DNA of 64,000 nucleotides from an uncultured Elusimicrobia bacterium (lineage in GTDB: Bacteria > Elusimicrobiota > Elusimicrobia > 2-01-FULL-59-12): the NCBI GenBank assembly GCA_963702895.1, contig OY969767.1, forward strand, positions 1,568,001 to 1,632,000, in the 5' to 3' direction. Below are positions 46,654 through 58,037 of the stretch, piece by piece. Under the pieces are notes generated by a model. That model was not told the DNA's origin and searched no databases. It saw only the letters and a program-made list of their open reading frames with translations. How positions within the stretch are numbered: the first letter of the stretch is position 1; every line of letters begins with the position of its first letter. A program made the translations under genes and the position numbers.

Positions 46654-47493
46654 TCACATCGGGGAAGAAGCCCAGTCGATGAGGCGGCTGTTCATGACCG
46701 GCCCTTCCATGCAGACCCGGAGGTAGCGCGCGGACGGCCGGTTGTCCTTCATCCGGACCACACATCCCAGGCACGCACCGACCGAGCATCCCATGCGCGC
46801 TTCGAGGCTCACGACACAAGGCACGTCATATTTCCGGGCCAATTGATCTGCCGCGCGCATCATCGCCCAGGGTCCGCAGGCGTACATCTGAATCCCCTGA
46901 TGACGATGCTCCTTGAGAAAACGCTGGAGAGGGACGGTCACGAGGCCCTTCATGCCCTTGGAGCCGTCTTCTGTCGCGTAAAAAGTCCGGACCCCCAGGC
47001 GTTCGAAATAGTCGCGCAGGACCAAGTCCTTCGCCGTGCGGGCGCCGTAAAAAAGGACTGGGGTGGCGCCGAGCGCGGACAATTCTCTCGCCAGAAGGTA
47101 GAGGGCCGCAATGCCGACTCCGCCGGCGACGAGGCACGCGTAGCGGACCTTGCTGTTCGGGTCTTGGCGGATCTCAAAGGGACGCCCTTGTGGACCCAGA
47201 GCAAACAGTGCCTGACCGGGCTTCACCTTCGCTAACTTGTGCGTCCCAAGACCGATGTCCTTGACCAGGATCTTGATGCCGGAAGGACTCTTGGCGCGCG
47301 GGGGATGGTCGATCGCGAAGATGCTAAAGGGGCGACGCAACAGCGGACCTTCATCCACGTCTTCGGCGCATTTGATCATCAGGAACTGACCCGGCTGCAC
47401 GTGGCGGGCTTGCTCAGGGGACCTGAGCGTCAGGAGGTAGTTGGCCGCGCCCAGGTTCTGAACTTTCTGGACGATGACTTTTCGGTCCATCAT
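46654..47493 (-). CDS. pyrK: Dihydroorotate dehydrogenase electron-transfer subunit
   Basis: RRPFS, AGGVG, ACGP, MGCSVGACLGC..C.EGP. Confidence 0.93.
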   Translation of the reverse strand: MMDRKVIVQKVQNLGAANYLLTLRSPEQARHVQPGQFLMIKCAEDVDEGPLLRRPFSIFAIDHPPRAKSPSGIKILVKDIGLGTHKLAKVKPGQALFALGPQGRPFEIRQDPNSKVRYACLVAGGVGIAALYLLARELSALGATPVLFYGARTAKDLVLRDYFERLGVRTFYATEDGSKGMKGLVTVPLQRFLKEHRHQGIQMYACGPWAMMRAADQLARKYDVPCVVSLEARMGCSVGACLGCVVRMKDNRPSARYLRVCMEGPVMNSRLIDWASSPM

Positions 47494-47597
47494 GGGGTCA
47501 AACCCTGCGCACGCCGACGGTCCCCAGCGCGGCCCCGACGGGCTCTTTGAGCGCAAGCGGCTCCCGTGATGTGGATGGTTCAGACATCAAATTCGTG

Positions 47598-48962
47598 TTA
47601 ATGGAGTTCCGGCTTCTTGAGCAGGCGGCCGTTTTGCATGACGAGCTTGCCGCCCACGAGGGTCGCGACCGCTCGTCCCTGCAGCGTCCAGCCCTTAAAG
47701 GGTGAATTCTGACTCTTGGAAACAAACTGGTCGACCGTGTGCTTCGCCTTCAGGTTGATGAGGGTGAGGTCCGCGGGCGCCCCCGGCGAAAGGTGCCCGC
47801 CGGGCAGATTCAAGGCCCTGGCCGGCGCGTCCGTGAGCGCGCGCACAGCAGCGCTCAGCGACAGGACCTTGGCCTGGACCAGATGGGTCAGGACGACGCT
47901 CAGGGTGGTCTCAAGACCGATGACGCCGAAGGGCGCGAAATCAAACTCCCGCGACTTTTGGGGCATGGTATGCGGCGCGTGGTCGGAGGCGATCACCTCC
48001 AGCGTTCCGTCCGCAAGCCCCTCGAGGATCGCCTGCCGGTCTTCGGAGGTCCTGAGCGGCGGGTTCATCTTGGCATTCGTATCGTAGCCCGAGACCGCTT
48101 CCTCGGTCAGCGTGAAGTAATGGGGGCAGGTCTCCGCGGTGATGGGCAGGCCGCGCTTTTTGGCCTGGCGAACGAGCGCCACCGATTCCTTCGTCGACAT
48201 GTGCGCCAGATGCAAACGCGCGCCGGTCAGCTCACAGAGCGCGATGTTGCGCCCGACCACAATATATTCGGCCTGGCGCGGGATGCCCTTGAGTCCCAGG
48301 AGCGCGGAGAGTTTCCCCTCATTCATGACGCCGCCTTTGGCGAGGTCCGCGTCCTCGCAGTGATCGATCACCGTGAGCCCGAAGGTTTTGGCATACTCCA
48401 GCGCCCGGCGAAAAAGCTTGGCGTTTGTGACGGGCTTGCCGTCATCGGAGATGGCGACGCAGCCGGCCCGGACCATGGCGCCGATCTCGGTGAGCTCCGC
48501 GCCCTCCTGGCCTTTCGTGATGGCGCCGATGGGAAAGACCCGCACATAGCCTTCGCTTTGCGCCTTCATGAGAACAAACTGGATCTGGGAAACGTTATCG
48601 AGGGGCGGCGTGGTGTTGGGCATGCAGGCCACGGAGGTGAAGCCTCCCATGGCGGCCGCCGCGGTGCCCGTGGCGATCGTCTCTTTTTCTTCCTGCCCCG
48701 GCTCGCGCAGGTGCACATGGACATCGATCAGGCCGGGCGTGATCACCAGCCCCGCCGCGTTGATGATGTCGGCGTCTTTGGAGACCTTGATCTCCTTGGC
48801 GACTTTCTGGACATGCTGGCCTTCGATCAGCACATCCATGAGCGTGTCGATGTGATTGCGCGGGTCAACGAGATGCCCGCCCCGGATCAGGAGCTGAGGC
48901 TTGTTCTCAGACGCTTTGCTCGGGGTTTGTTTTTTCGCCCAGCTTACGGTAGCGCTTTTCAT
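47598..48962 (-). CDS. pyrC: Dihydroorotase
   Basis: [27 protein letters not shown]. Confidence 0.96.
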   Translation of the reverse strand: MKSATVSWAKKQTPSKASENKPQLLIRGGHLVDPRNHIDTLMDVLIEGQHVQKVAKEIKVSKDADIINAAGLVITPGLIDVHVHLREPGQEEKETIATGTAAAAMGGFTSVACMPNTTPPLDNVSQIQFVLMKAQSEGYVRVFPIGAITKGQEGAELTEIGAMVRAGCVAISDDGKPVTNAKLFRRALEYAKTFGLTVIDHCEDADLAKGGVMNEGKLSALLGLKGIPRQAEYIVVGRNIALCELTGARLHLAHMSTKESVALVRQAKKRGLPITAETCPHYFTLTEEAVSGYDTNAKMNPPLRTSEDRQAILEGLADGTLEVIASDHAPHTMPQKSREFDFAPFGVIGLETTLSVVLTHLVQAKVLSLSAAVRALTDAPARALNLPGGHLSPGAPADLTLINLKAKHTVDQFVSKSQNSPFKGWTLQGRAVATLVGGKLVMQNGRLLKKPELH

Positions 48963-49942
48963 AGGGTTTTCTTCTCCGCCAGAAAGTCCGCCGGTGACCC
49001 GACCGGAAGATGGCTGGTGCTGCCGGCAAGAAGGTAAAGAGAGGCCATGCGCACGGCGATACCATTGGTCACCTGCTCCAGGATGACCGACTGTGGGCCG
49101 TCCGCCACCGCGGAGGAAATTTCCACGCCGCGGTTCATGGGGCCGGGGTGCATCACGAGACAATCCTTCTTCGCCCAAGAGAGTTTCTTCGCGTCGAGGC
49201 CATAAAATTCGTGATATTCCCGCAGGCTCGGAAAGAGGTTTTCCTGCTGGCGCTCCATTTGCAGCCGCAGCACGTAAGCCACGTCCGCGCCCTCCAAGGC
49301 CTCTTTCATATTGTAGGTGACTTGAACGTGGTCTCCGAAAGCGGCCTTCATGTCCTGGGGGATCAGCGTCGCCGGGCCGCACAGCCGGACGTTGGCCCCG
49401 AGCTTTGTGAGCCCCCAGATATTCGAGCGCGCCACGCGCGAGTGGACAATGTCGCCGATGATGGTCACGGTCAGCCCCTGGATCCTCTTTTTCTTCTCGC
49501 GGATGGTAAAAAGATCGAGCAGCCCCTGGGTGGGGTGCTCGTGATTGCCATCACCGGCATTGACCACGTGGGCTTTGACACCACGCGCCAGAAGCTCCGG
49601 CGCCCCAGAGACCGAGTGGCGCAGAACGATGTAGTCCACCTTCATCGCCTCAAGGTTGCGGGCCGTATCCATAAGGGTTTCCCCTTTCTGGACGCTCGAG
49701 GAGGAGACCGACAGGCTCAAGACGTCGGCGGAAAGCCTCGTCGCGGCGAGCTCAAAGGACGTGCGCGTGCGGGTCGAAGGCTCGTAAAAGAGAAGCGCGA
49801 CGGTTTTGCCGCGCAAGGGGGGCACTTTCTTGATGGAACGTGTAAAGAGTCGCTTAAAGGGGATGGCGGTATTGAGGATCAGCTCGATTTCTTCGGCGGT
49901 CAGGTGGGCAAGCCCCAGAAGATCTTTATGCCGAAGTTTCAT
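48959..49942 (-). CDS. pyrB: Aspartate carbamoyltransferase catalytic subunit
   Basis: [16 protein letters not shown]. Confidence 0.97.
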   Translation of the reverse strand: MKLRHKDLLGLAHLTAEEIELILNTAIPFKRLFTRSIKKVPPLRGKTVALLFYEPSTRTRTSFELAATRLSADVLSLSVSSSSVQKGETLMDTARNLEAMKVDYIVLRHSVSGAPELLARGVKAHVVNAGDGNHEHPTQGLLDLFTIREKKKRIQGLTVTIIGDIVHSRVARSNIWGLTKLGANVRLCGPATLIPQDMKAAFGDHVQVTYNMKEALEGADVAYVLRLQMERQQENLFPSLREYHEFYGLDAKKLSWAKKDCLVMHPGPMNRGVEISSAVADGPQSVILEQVTNGIAVRMASLYLLAGSTSHLPVGSPADFLAEKKTL

Positions 49943-50517
49943 TTGGCCTTGCGGTCCTCATATTTTCGTACACGGATGCTATCTTCTTCATCAATTTCTT
50001 TCAAGTTGACGTCCACGACATCGTCGGGCTGCGTCTTGAGGACCAGGCCCGCATAATCCGCCGAGATGGGAAGTTCGCGATGCCCCCGATCGACCAGCAC
50101 CGCCAGGCGAATGCAATGAGGACGACTGTAATCGATGAGCGCGTTCATGGCGGACCGTATGGTTCGTCCGGTGAAGAGGACGTCATCGACCAAGACCAGC
50201 GGGCGTCCTTCAATATCAAAAGGCAGATCGGTTTCTTTGACTTCCGGTTGGGCCGCGATGTCGCCCACATCGTCACGGTAGAGGGTGATGTCGAGAATGC
50301 CCACGGGAATGTCCTGGCCCGCTTCTTCGCCGAGGAGCTTGGCAATTCTTCGAGCCAGGTGCGCCCCCCTTGTTTGAATGCCGACCAGCGCCAGTTTTGA
50401 AAGGTCCGCGGAAAATTCCTTTCGGATGGCCTCCACGAGCGAGCGGACCTTCTGGTCAATTTTGGCAGCGTCCATCACCAATCGGCCAGCCCCGACATTG
50501 GTGGCCGTTCGGTTCAT
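49939..50517 (-). CDS. pyrR: PyrR bifunctional regulator / uracil phosphoribosyltransferase
   Basis: [25 protein letters not shown]. Confidence 0.96.
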   Translation of the reverse strand: MNRTATNVGAGRLVMDAAKIDQKVRSLVEAIRKEFSADLSKLALVGIQTRGAHLARRIAKLLGEEAGQDIPVGILDITLYRDDVGDIAAQPEVKETDLPFDIEGRPLVLVDDVLFTGRTIRSAMNALIDYSRPHCIRLAVLVDRGHRELPISADYAGLVLKTQPDDVVDVNLKEIDEEDSIRVRKYEDRKAK

Positions 50518-51803
50518 CGTGATCCGCCCGCAACCGCCAGGGCCTTGGCCCCGATATCTTTCCGGAAGATCTTTCCCTCATAGGAGATCTTGTCCGACGC
50601 TTGATAGGCCCCGACGCGAGCGGCTTCCAGGGTCTCCGCGAGGGTCGTCACGCCCAGCACCCGCCCGCCCGCGGTGACAATGTCGCTTCCCGCTTTCTCG
50701 GTCCCGGCGTGAAAGACTTTCGTGAGGGCCGCTTGCCTGGGTTTGAGCCCGCGGATGGGCTTTCCCTTCTCATAGGCCCCGGGGTAGCCCTCGGAGGCAA
50801 GCACCACGCACAGGGAATGTTTCTTTTTCCAGCGGACGTGCTGGGAGGCCAGCCGTCTTTCGGCGACGGCCAGGAGGACATCGATGAGGTCGCTCTCGAG
50901 GAGCGGCAGAACGGCTTGAGTTTCGGGATCGCCAAAGCGCACGTTAAACTCCAGGACCCGAGGCCCGGAGGGCGTGATCATGAGACCAAAGTAGATGATG
51001 CCGCGATAATCAAAACCCTCGGCCGCGATCCCTTTGAGAAAGGGCTGAAAAATCTCTTCTTCGAGGCGGTCGGTGAGGGATGGCGAGACCATGGGCGCTG
51101 GCGCGTAAGCGCCCATACCGCCCGTATTCGGACCTTCGTCATGGTCCTGGAGGCGTTTATGGTCCTGTGAGGCGGGCATGGCGACGAGGGTCTTGCCGTC
51201 GCAGAAAGCCATGACGGTGGCCTCTTCTCCCGTGAGACACTCCTCCAGAACAGCCGTGGAGCCTGCCGAGCCGAACACTTCCTTTTCCATCACCTCAAAA
51301 AGAAACGCTTTGGCTTCCGTGGTGCCCTGGCACACTTTCACGCCTTTGCCAGCGGCCAGCCCATCGGCTTTGACCACACAGGCGCCCTTCCAGTGTTGGA
51401 GAAGATAGGAGCCCTTTTGGAGGTTCGGGACCACCTCATAGCGGGCGGTTGGAATACCGTACTTGCGCATGAATTCTTTGGCAAAGGATTTGCTGCCTTC
51501 CAGGCGCGCAGCTGTTTTGGTGGGCCCGACAATAGCAAGGCCTCCTTGACGAAAATGGTCGACGATGCCGGCCACAAGAGGCGCTTCGGGGCCGACGAGG
51601 GTGAGATCGATTTCGCGGTCCTTGGCGAATTTGAAGAGGGCCGGGATATTGCCGGCGGAAAGGGCGACGCATTCAGCTTCCTGGGCGATGCCGGCGTTGC
51701 CTGGAGCGCAGTATATTTTAGGCGCTTGGCGGCTTTGGGCCAGGGTATGGACGAGGGCATGCTCCCGCCCGCCGCCACCAATGACAAGGATTTTGATGCT
51801 CAT
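50514..51803 (-). CDS. purD: Phosphoribosylamine-glycine ligase
   Basis: GGGGREHA, KADGLAAGKGV, GPNTGGMG, EFNVRFGDPE. Confidence 0.97.
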   Translation of the reverse strand: MSIKILVIGGGGREHALVHTLAQSRQAPKIYCAPGNAGIAQEAECVALSAGNIPALFKFAKDREIDLTLVGPEAPLVAGIVDHFRQGGLAIVGPTKTAARLEGSKSFAKEFMRKYGIPTARYEVVPNLQKGSYLLQHWKGACVVKADGLAAGKGVKVCQGTTEAKAFLFEVMEKEVFGSAGSTAVLEECLTGEEATVMAFCDGKTLVAMPASQDHKRLQDHDEGPNTGGMGAYAPAPMVSPSLTDRLEEEIFQPFLKGIAAEGFDYRGIIYFGLMITPSGPRVLEFNVRFGDPETQAVLPLLESDLIDVLLAVAERRLASQHVRWKKKHSLCVVLASEGYPGAYEKGKPIRGLKPRQAALTKVFHAGTEKAGSDIVTAGGRVLGVTTLAETLEAARVGAYQASDKISYEGKIFRKDIGAKALAVAGGSR

Positions 51804-51826
51804 GATTGGGGGTTTTACAGCGAACT

Positions 51827-51835
51827 TATTATACC
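51827..51835 (-). promoter_or_regulatory. Extended -10 element upstream of purD
   Basis: TGGTATAAT on the minus strand. Confidence 0.45.
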
Positions 51836-51938
51836 AATTTGAGGCAGACGCCCCAGAGCCGATGCCCCGGGTGTTGGAGGTTGCTCAGGTCTTGTGCCCC
51901 GAGCGCCGGGGAGAGATTCTCTTACGTAGCCTGGAAGT

Positions 51939-53342
51939 CTAGCAGACGGGTTTGCGGTCTTTTTGGGCAAAGTCCACGAGCGGCACAGGGTACTGGTCCG
52001 TGAAGCAGCCGACGCAGAAGGTTTTCGAAGTCCCCCCGCAGCACTTGAGGAGCCCTTCCACGGAAAGATAAGCAAGACTCTCGACCCCGAGATACTCCTG
52101 GATTTCCTGGACGGAGTAGCGGGCCGCGATCAACTCTTTCTTGGTGGGCGTATCAATGCCGTAGTAACAGGACCCGACGATAGGCGGCGAGCTGACCCGC
52201 ATGTGGATCGCTTGGACCCCCACCCGCCGAAGCATCCGGACGAGTTTGCGGCTGGTCGTCCCACGAACGATCGAGTCATCCACCAGCACAATGCTTTTTC
52301 CTTTTAACGCTTCCCGGACTGCGTTGTATTTGATGCGCACACCAAAATCGCGAATCGTCTGTGACGGCTCGATAAAGGTACGGCCAATGTAGTGGCTTCG
52401 AATGAGCCCCAAGCCATAAGGTATGCCGGACTCCTCAGCATAGCCCACCGCGGCGACGTTTGCGGAATCCGGAACCGCCACCACCCAGTCCGCTTTCGCA
52501 GGCGCCTCTCGGGCAAGCTGGCGGCCCAGTTCGGTCCTCACCGCATAGACGCTCTTGCCGAAAAGAAGTCCGTCAGGGCGGGCGAAATAAATGTTTTCAA
52601 AGCTGCAGAACGCGCTCTGCGAGCGTTGAGCAAACATAGTCGATTTGATGCCGCCGCCGTTCACATAGAGGAGCTCCCCGGGCTTCACCTCCCGCACAAA
52701 CTTCGCGTCCACGAGGTCCAAAGCGCAGGTTTCCGAGACGATCATCGTCGCTTTGCCGAGCTTACCGAGAATCAGCGGCCTGACACCATAAGGGTCGCGC
52801 GCGGCAATCAGTTCTTTCTTGGTGCAGAACACGAGGGAATAAGCGCCCTCCACCTGCCGTAGCGCCTCCAAAATGGCCTCCCGGAGCGTCCTGGCTTTGG
52901 ATCGCGCGACCAGATGCAGAATCACTTCCGTATCCGATGTGGTCTGAAAAATAGAGCCCTGACTTTCCAGCTGTTTGCGAATCGTCAGGGCGTTGGTCAG
53001 ATTGCCGTTGTGCGCAAGAGCCAGCACGCCATGGGAGGTATTGGCGAGCAGTGGCTGGGCGTTTCGGAGTGTGGTGTCGCCCGCCGTCGAGTAGCGAACG
53101 TGGCCAATCGCGAGGGGACCTTTGAGAGGCTCGAGGGTCTTTTTGTTGAAGATATCGGCCGCAAGACCCATCGCCACATGGCGGGAAACCGTCGAGCCAT
53201 CCGAAGCCACAATGCCCGCGGATTCCTGACCGCGGTGCTGCAGCGCGTAGAGGCTCAGGTAAGTGATACGCGCCGCCTCAGGATGATGCTGCACGCCGAC
53301 GACGCCGCACTCATCGTGAAAATGATCGTCCAATGGTCTCAT
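51939..53342 (-). CDS. purF: Amidophosphoribosyltransferase
   Basis: ECGVVG, QHRGQE, GHVRYST, DDSIVRGTT. Confidence 0.97.
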   Translation of the reverse strand: MRPLDDHFHDECGVVGVQHHPEAARITYLSLYALQHRGQESAGIVASDGSTVSRHVAMGLAADIFNKKTLEPLKGPLAIGHVRYSTAGDTTLRNAQPLLANTSHGVLALAHNGNLTNALTIRKQLESQGSIFQTTSDTEVILHLVARSKARTLREAILEALRQVEGAYSLVFCTKKELIAARDPYGVRPLILGKLGKATMIVSETCALDLVDAKFVREVKPGELLYVNGGGIKSTMFAQRSQSAFCSFENIYFARPDGLLFGKSVYAVRTELGRQLAREAPAKADWVVAVPDSANVAAVGYAEESGIPYGLGLIRSHYIGRTFIEPSQTIRDFGVRIKYNAVREALKGKSIVLVDDSIVRGTTSRKLVRMLRRVGVQAIHMRVSSPPIVGSCYYGIDTPTKKELIAARYSVQEIQEYLGVESLAYLSVEGLLKCCGGTSKTFCVGCFTDQYPVPLVDFAQKDRKPVC

Positions 53343-53352
53343 GAGTCTCCCT

Positions 53353-54099
53353 TCAATTCAAAACAGCCGCCTGGAAAAACTGCAGGCCCACCGGGACCCT
53401 GCCTTTGCCCGGCTCACGAGAGCGTGTCCATTCCGGATGCTGCAAGCGTGAGACATGCCGCTCCGGATGCGGCATGAGCCCCACGACGTTGCCATCCGCG
53501 CTGCAGATGCCGGCAATGGCATGGACCGACCCGTTCGGGTTGGGCCCCTCGTAACGAAAAACGATCTGCCTGTTTTTCTCGAGCGTGGCAAGGGTCGCGG
53601 CGTCACGCGCCACAAACTTTCCCTCCCCGTGAGCAATCGGCAGGTCCCACGCGAGGTCGGTGTTGTTCAACCATTGGCAGGCCGACTTTTCCCGTTTCAT
53701 CGTGACCCACTGACATTGGAAACGACCGGAATCATTCGAGGCAAGCGTCACCACCTGCGTCCTGTCGGGCGTGCCCGGCAAGTAACCTGTTTTGACGAGA
53801 ACCTGAAAACCATTGCAGATACCCATGATGCGCTTGCCCTGGGCCACAAAGGCGTCCAGAGCCTCACGCAGTTTAAAGCGCATCTCATTGGCCAGGATTT
53901 TTCCTGCCGCCACGTCATCCCCATACGAGAACCCTCCCGGGATGATCATGAGCTTATAGGGATCAAGGCTCACCTTGCGGCTGAGGAGCTGGTTGATATG
54001 AACAATGTCCGGCTCAGCCCCGGCCATGCGCAGCGCGTGGGCCGACTCCTGGTCACAGTTCGTCCCCGCTGTCCTCAAAATAATGGCTTTCACACTCAT
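53353..54099 (-). CDS. purQ: FGAM synthase glutaminase subunit
   Basis: GTNCD, GGFSYGD, GICNGFQ, MPHPER. Confidence 0.96.
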   Translation of the reverse strand: MSVKAIILRTAGTNCDQESAHALRMAGAEPDIVHINQLLSRKVSLDPYKLMIIPGGFSYGDDVAAGKILANEMRFKLREALDAFVAQGKRIMGICNGFQVLVKTGYLPGTPDRTQVVTLASNDSGRFQCQWVTMKREKSACQWLNNTDLAWDLPIAHGEGKFVARDAATLATLEKNRQIVFRYEGPNPNGSVHAIAGICSADGNVVGLMPHPERHVSRLQHPEWTRSREPGKGRVPVGLQFFQAAVLN

Positions 54100-54136
54100 G
54101 CCTTTCTGCTCTCTGCTCTCGGCCCTCTGCTCTGCC

Positions 54137-56560
54137 TCATATTTCCCACGCCTTCCGAAGGGCCTCCACCGACAGTTGAACCATCGGGGCCTTGGATCGT
54201 CCACTCCGAAGAACAAGGGCCTTTGATCGGGTCACCCGGCCCAAGAGCGCCACATGCCCTTTGAGCAGGGTCTCAAAGCCTTTGCGAGCGACGGGAGGTA
54301 CCTCCACGAGGAAACGGCTGGGCGTTTCAGAAAAGAGGAGCGCGAGGTCCGACACCTTCGTCGTGACGGGCGCCCGGGAGATATCGAGGCTCATGCCGAG
54401 TTCTCCCGCAAAGGCCATTTCGGCCGCGGCCACCGCGAGGCCGCCTTCAGAAAGATCATGGCAGGCACGGACGTATCCGCGCGTGATCGCCTGATGCAGA
54501 AGCGCAAAGGTTTCCGTCGCGCGCTGGACCATCACCCGAGGGACGCATCCTCGCGCGGCAAGGCCTTTCGGGGACTTCTCCAGCACCTTCCAGAGATGCG
54601 CGCCGCCCAGCTCCTCCCTTGTTTCACCCACGAGATACACCCCGTCACCGGGTTCCTTTAAATCCATGGTGACCGTGCGCCTCGCGTCTTTGAGGACGCC
54701 GATGGCAGAAATCAGCAGGCTCCGCGGGATAGACTGGAGTTTGCCAGCCGGGTCGCGCCAGGTGTTGTTCAGGCTGTCCTTGCCGGAAATAAATGGGACA
54801 CCGTAGCCTTTGGCCATGTCATAGCAAGCCTGGCAGGCGCGGACCAATGCCGCGAGCTCCTGCTCATCCTCGGGATTTCCCCAACAGAAGTTATCCAAAA
54901 TGGCGGCATGACGGATATCGCCCCCCACCGCCACAAGGTTCCGAAGCGCCTCATCGATCGCGCAAGCGCTCATCCAATACGGGTCGCTGTCTCCATAGGA
55001 AGGGTTAAAACCATTGCTGATCACGACCGCGCGCTCGGAATCCAACCGCGGTCGAAAGACCGCCGCGTCCGACGGCCCGCGCTGATCCAGGCCGACAAAA
55101 GGTTTGATGACGCTTCCGCCCTGCACTTCGTGATCATATTGTCGGACGATCCATCGTTTGGACGCGATGTTCGGATGGGACAGGAGGCTGATCAAAACCC
55201 GTCCGAGGTCCGACGTCCGAAGCCCCAGATCTTTGATTTTGATCTCAGACGTCGGACGTGGGACGTCGGACGACCCGTTCCAAATCGCTTTCCGGTGCAC
55301 GCGGGGCATGCCGCCATGCAAAAAGTCCATCTCGATTTGGCCAGCGACTTCACCGCCGTAGCGGACCGTGAGCTTCTTGTCCTGGGTGAACACTCCGATC
55401 GCGGTCGCTTCGACATTTTCGGAGTCCGCCAGGGTTTTGAGCGCCGGCCAGTGTTCAGGCGGGACAGCGATCACCATGCGTTCTTGGCTCTCCGAGAGCC
55501 AGATTTCCCAGGGCAGAAGTCCCTCGTATTTGAGTGGCGCTTTTTCAAGGTCCACGACGACCCCCGTCTCCGATCCAAGCTCTCCCACGGCAGATGAGAA
55601 ACCGCCCGCGCCGCAATCCGTCACCGCGCGATAAAGTCCCAGATCGCGCGCCTGAAGCAGCACGTCCATGGTCCTCTTTTCCATGATGGCGTGCCCAATC
55701 TGCACCACCGAGGAGGAAATCCCCTCTTCGAGCGCGGCGGATGAAAAAGTCGCGCCGTGAATGCCGTCACGGCCCGTCCTTCCACCCAGACAGACCACAA
55801 GGTCCCCGGCGTGGATTTCCTTATTGACTTTGTCCTTGGGAATGAGGCCCACGGTGCCGCAGAAGACAAGGGGATTGGCCACAAATCGATCGTCATAATA
55901 AACGGCACCGTTGGCCGTTGGAATGCCCATCCGGTTGCCGTAGTCCCGCACGCCCGCGACAACCCCTTGGATAATACGCCGGGGGTGCAGCACGCCACGG
56001 GGAATTTTTCTTGCCGGCATGTCCGGCGGCGCGAACGCGAACACGTCCGTGTTCATGACGGGTTTCGCCCCAAGCCCCACGCCCAGAATATCCCGGGTCA
56101 CCCCGCCGAGCCCCGTTCCCGCGCCGCCGTAGGGCTCCAGCGCCGAAGGATGGTTGTGGGTCTCCACTTTAAAGGCCACACCCCACTCGTCATCGAACTC
56201 GATGACGCCGGCGTTGTCTTTAAAGGTGGAAAGGCACCAGGGCTTGTCGAGCTCCTGGGTGGCCTTCATGATCGTGGATTTAAGGAGATTGTCATACACA
56301 CGCGAGCCGCGTCCCTTCTCCTCATACTCAATGACGCCGCTGAAGGTCTTGTGCTTGCAGTGCTCGCTCCAGGTTTGCGCGATGGTCTCCAGTTCCACGT
56401 CCGTCGGGTCCCGCCCGACGCGGTCAAAATAGGCCTGGATGGCCTTCATTTCCTGGAGGTTGAGCGAGAGGAGCCCTTTTCGGCTGATCTCAAGAAGCTG
56501 CGAATCCTCCGAAGAAAGAAGCGGAACTTGCTTGACGCGTGTGGGGTCTTTAGTCAGCAT
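54137..56560 (-). CDS. purL: FGAM synthase synthetase subunit
   Basis: WSEHC.HK, ETHNHPS, DCGAGG, SESQERM, QYDHEV. Confidence 0.97.
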   Translation of the reverse strand: MLTKDPTRVKQVPLLSSEDSQLLEISRKGLLSLNLQEMKAIQAYFDRVGRDPTDVELETIAQTWSEHCKHKTFSGVIEYEEKGRGSRVYDNLLKSTIMKATQELDKPWCLSTFKDNAGVIEFDDEWGVAFKVETHNHPSALEPYGGAGTGLGGVTRDILGVGLGAKPVMNTDVFAFAPPDMPARKIPRGVLHPRRIIQGVVAGVRDYGNRMGIPTANGAVYYDDRFVANPLVFCGTVGLIPKDKVNKEIHAGDLVVCLGGRTGRDGIHGATFSSAALEEGISSSVVQIGHAIMEKRTMDVLLQARDLGLYRAVTDCGAGGFSSAVGELGSETGVVVDLEKAPLKYEGLLPWEIWLSESQERMVIAVPPEHWPALKTLADSENVEATAIGVFTQDKKLTVRYGGEVAGQIEMDFLHGGMPRVHRKAIWNGSSDVPRPTSEIKIKDLGLRTSDLGRVLISLLSHPNIASKRWIVRQYDHEVQGGSVIKPFVGLDQRGPSDAAVFRPRLDSERAVVISNGFNPSYGDSDPYWMSACAIDEALRNLVAVGGDIRHAAILDNFCWGNPEDEQELAALVRACQACYDMAKGYGVPFISGKDSLNNTWRDPAGKLQSIPRSLLISAIGVLKDARRTVTMDLKEPGDGVYLVGETREELGGAHLWKVLEKSPKGLAARGCVPRVMVQRATETFALLHQAITRGYVRACHDLSEGGLAVAAAEMAFAGELGMSLDISRAPVTTKVSDLALLFSETPSRFLVEVPPVARKGFETLLKGHVALLGRVTRSKALVLRSGRSKAPMVQLSVEALRKAWEI

Positions 56561-57011
56561 GGATCACCAAATCGTGAACGAGGGGATTGACGAGAAGTGA
56601 AAGGGCGACCTTCTCAGCGGTTTCGCGCTTCGTGATGCCTTCAAGATGATAGCGCATGCCGGTGCGAACCTCTTGCACCCCCGAAATGTCCAGGTCCTCA
56701 ATCCCTTTTTTGACGCTCTCCCCCACCACGTCGGTGACACCGGCCTTGTACCAGACGTCCAGGACCATGGACCGGGTTTTCTCGAACGCCTTGTCCCGCG
56801 GTTCATGGAGGATCGGATCGCAGAGGAGGTCCCTGGCAATGCGGACCCTCTGTTCAGCGGTGAGGGTGCCGGAGATCTTGTAGAGCTGGGCACTCGCCAC
56901 TTTTTTGACCTTGGCCAGGCGTAAATGCTCCAAATCAGACTTCAGACCCTCTCCGACAGGGTCTTTCACGCCCGGCTTATAGCCAATCTCAAATAAAAAT
57001 GTTCGTGGCAT
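56550..57011 (-). CDS. purS: FGAM synthase PurS subunit, double-domain form
   Basis: Two PurS-like halves: KPGVKDPVG..LLCDPI and KAGVTDVVG..LLVNPL. Confidence 0.85.
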   Translation of the reverse strand: MPRTFLFEIGYKPGVKDPVGEGLKSDLEHLRLAKVKKVASAQLYKISGTLTAEQRVRIARDLLCDPILHEPRDKAFEKTRSMVLDVWYKAGVTDVVGESVKKGIEDLDISGVQEVRTGMRYHLEGITKRETAEKVALSLLVNPLVHDLVIHAD

Positions 57012-57901
57012 CAGCACTCAAACGGAACACCGGTCAGGCGCTCAAAAGCCTCGATGTATTTGGCCCTCGTTTTCCGGACCACCTCCTCAGGCAGGGTGGG
57101 CACGGGGGGCTGCTTGTTCCATTGGATACGCTCAAGGTAGTCTCGGACATATTGCTTGTCGATGCTGTCTTGGGCTTTCCCTTCCTGATACTTCGATTGT
57201 TCCCAGAAACGGGAAGAATCGGGCGTTAAGACCTCATCGATGAGGATGACCTGGCCGCTCAGCTGCCCGAACTCAAACTTGGTGTCGCAGAGAATGAGCC
57301 CGCGGGCCTCCGAGATCTGGGCGGCCTTCTGATAAATGGCAAGGCTCGTGTCCTTGAGCTGGGTCGCGAGGGCCCGTCCGACGATCTGGGCCATGCGCTC
57401 GAAGGAAATATTTTCGTCGTGTTTGCCGCCTTCTTCCTTGGTCGCCGGGGTGAAGATCGGTTGAGGCAACCGACTGGATTCTTTGAGCCCCGAGGGAAGC
57501 GGCACACCGCAGACGCTTTGCGTCTTCTGGTATTCTTTCCAGCCGCTTCCGGCCAGGTACCCACGCACGACGCACTCAATCATGATCTTGTCCGTCTTCT
57601 TGACCAGCATCGTACGACCCTCCAGGGCTTCGGCATAGCCATGGAGATTTGCGGGAAAACGCTCAACGTCCGCGGTGATGAGGTGATGAGGAACAACACC
57701 TTCGAGCTGTTGGAACCACCAGGTGGAGATCTGGGTGAGGATTTTCCCCTTGTCCGGAACGGGGGTACCCAGCACGTAATCAAACGCCGAGATCCGGTCC
57801 GAGGCCACCATCAGGAGACGGTCGCCCAGATCGTAAACGTCTCGAACTTTCCCGCGGATAAAAAGCGGAAGCGGCAAGGTTTCTAATACAGACATGGTCA
57901 T
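57011..57901 (-). CDS. purC: SAICAR synthetase
   Basis: GKVRDVY, DRISAFD, DTKFEFG, DEVLTPDSSRFW. Confidence 0.97.
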   Translation of the reverse strand: MTMSVLETLPLPLFIRGKVRDVYDLGDRLLMVASDRISAFDYVLGTPVPDKGKILTQISTWWFQQLEGVVPHHLITADVERFPANLHGYAEALEGRTMLVKKTDKIMIECVVRGYLAGSGWKEYQKTQSVCGVPLPSGLKESSRLPQPIFTPATKEEGGKHDENISFERMAQIVGRALATQLKDTSLAIYQKAAQISEARGLILCDTKFEFGQLSGQVILIDEVLTPDSSRFWEQSKYQEGKAQDSIDKQYVRDYLERIQWNKQPPVPTLPEEVVRKTRAKYIEAFERLTGVPFEC

Positions 57902-57916
57902 GTGTTCTCCTTTCTC

Positions 57917-58032
57917 CGTCAACCCGGCAGGTCGTCAGCCGGGACGCCACACAACAGGCGTCCGACCGCAGTGTGTCGGATCCATCATGATCGGTGCGTG
58001 ATGGGCCCCGGCTAACAAGCCGCCGGGGTGAG
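57917..58032. repeat. REP doublet with nested hairpin doublet
   Basis: GGGA-CGCCACACAACAGGCG-TCC-GACCGCAGTGTGTC-GGATCC. Confidence 0.75.
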
Positions 58033-58037
58033 GCCGC

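Noticed and set aside
47498..47590. carA remnant between pyrC and pyrK
   Set aside because: The short peptide MSEPSTSREPLALKEP... has no convincing CarA motif.
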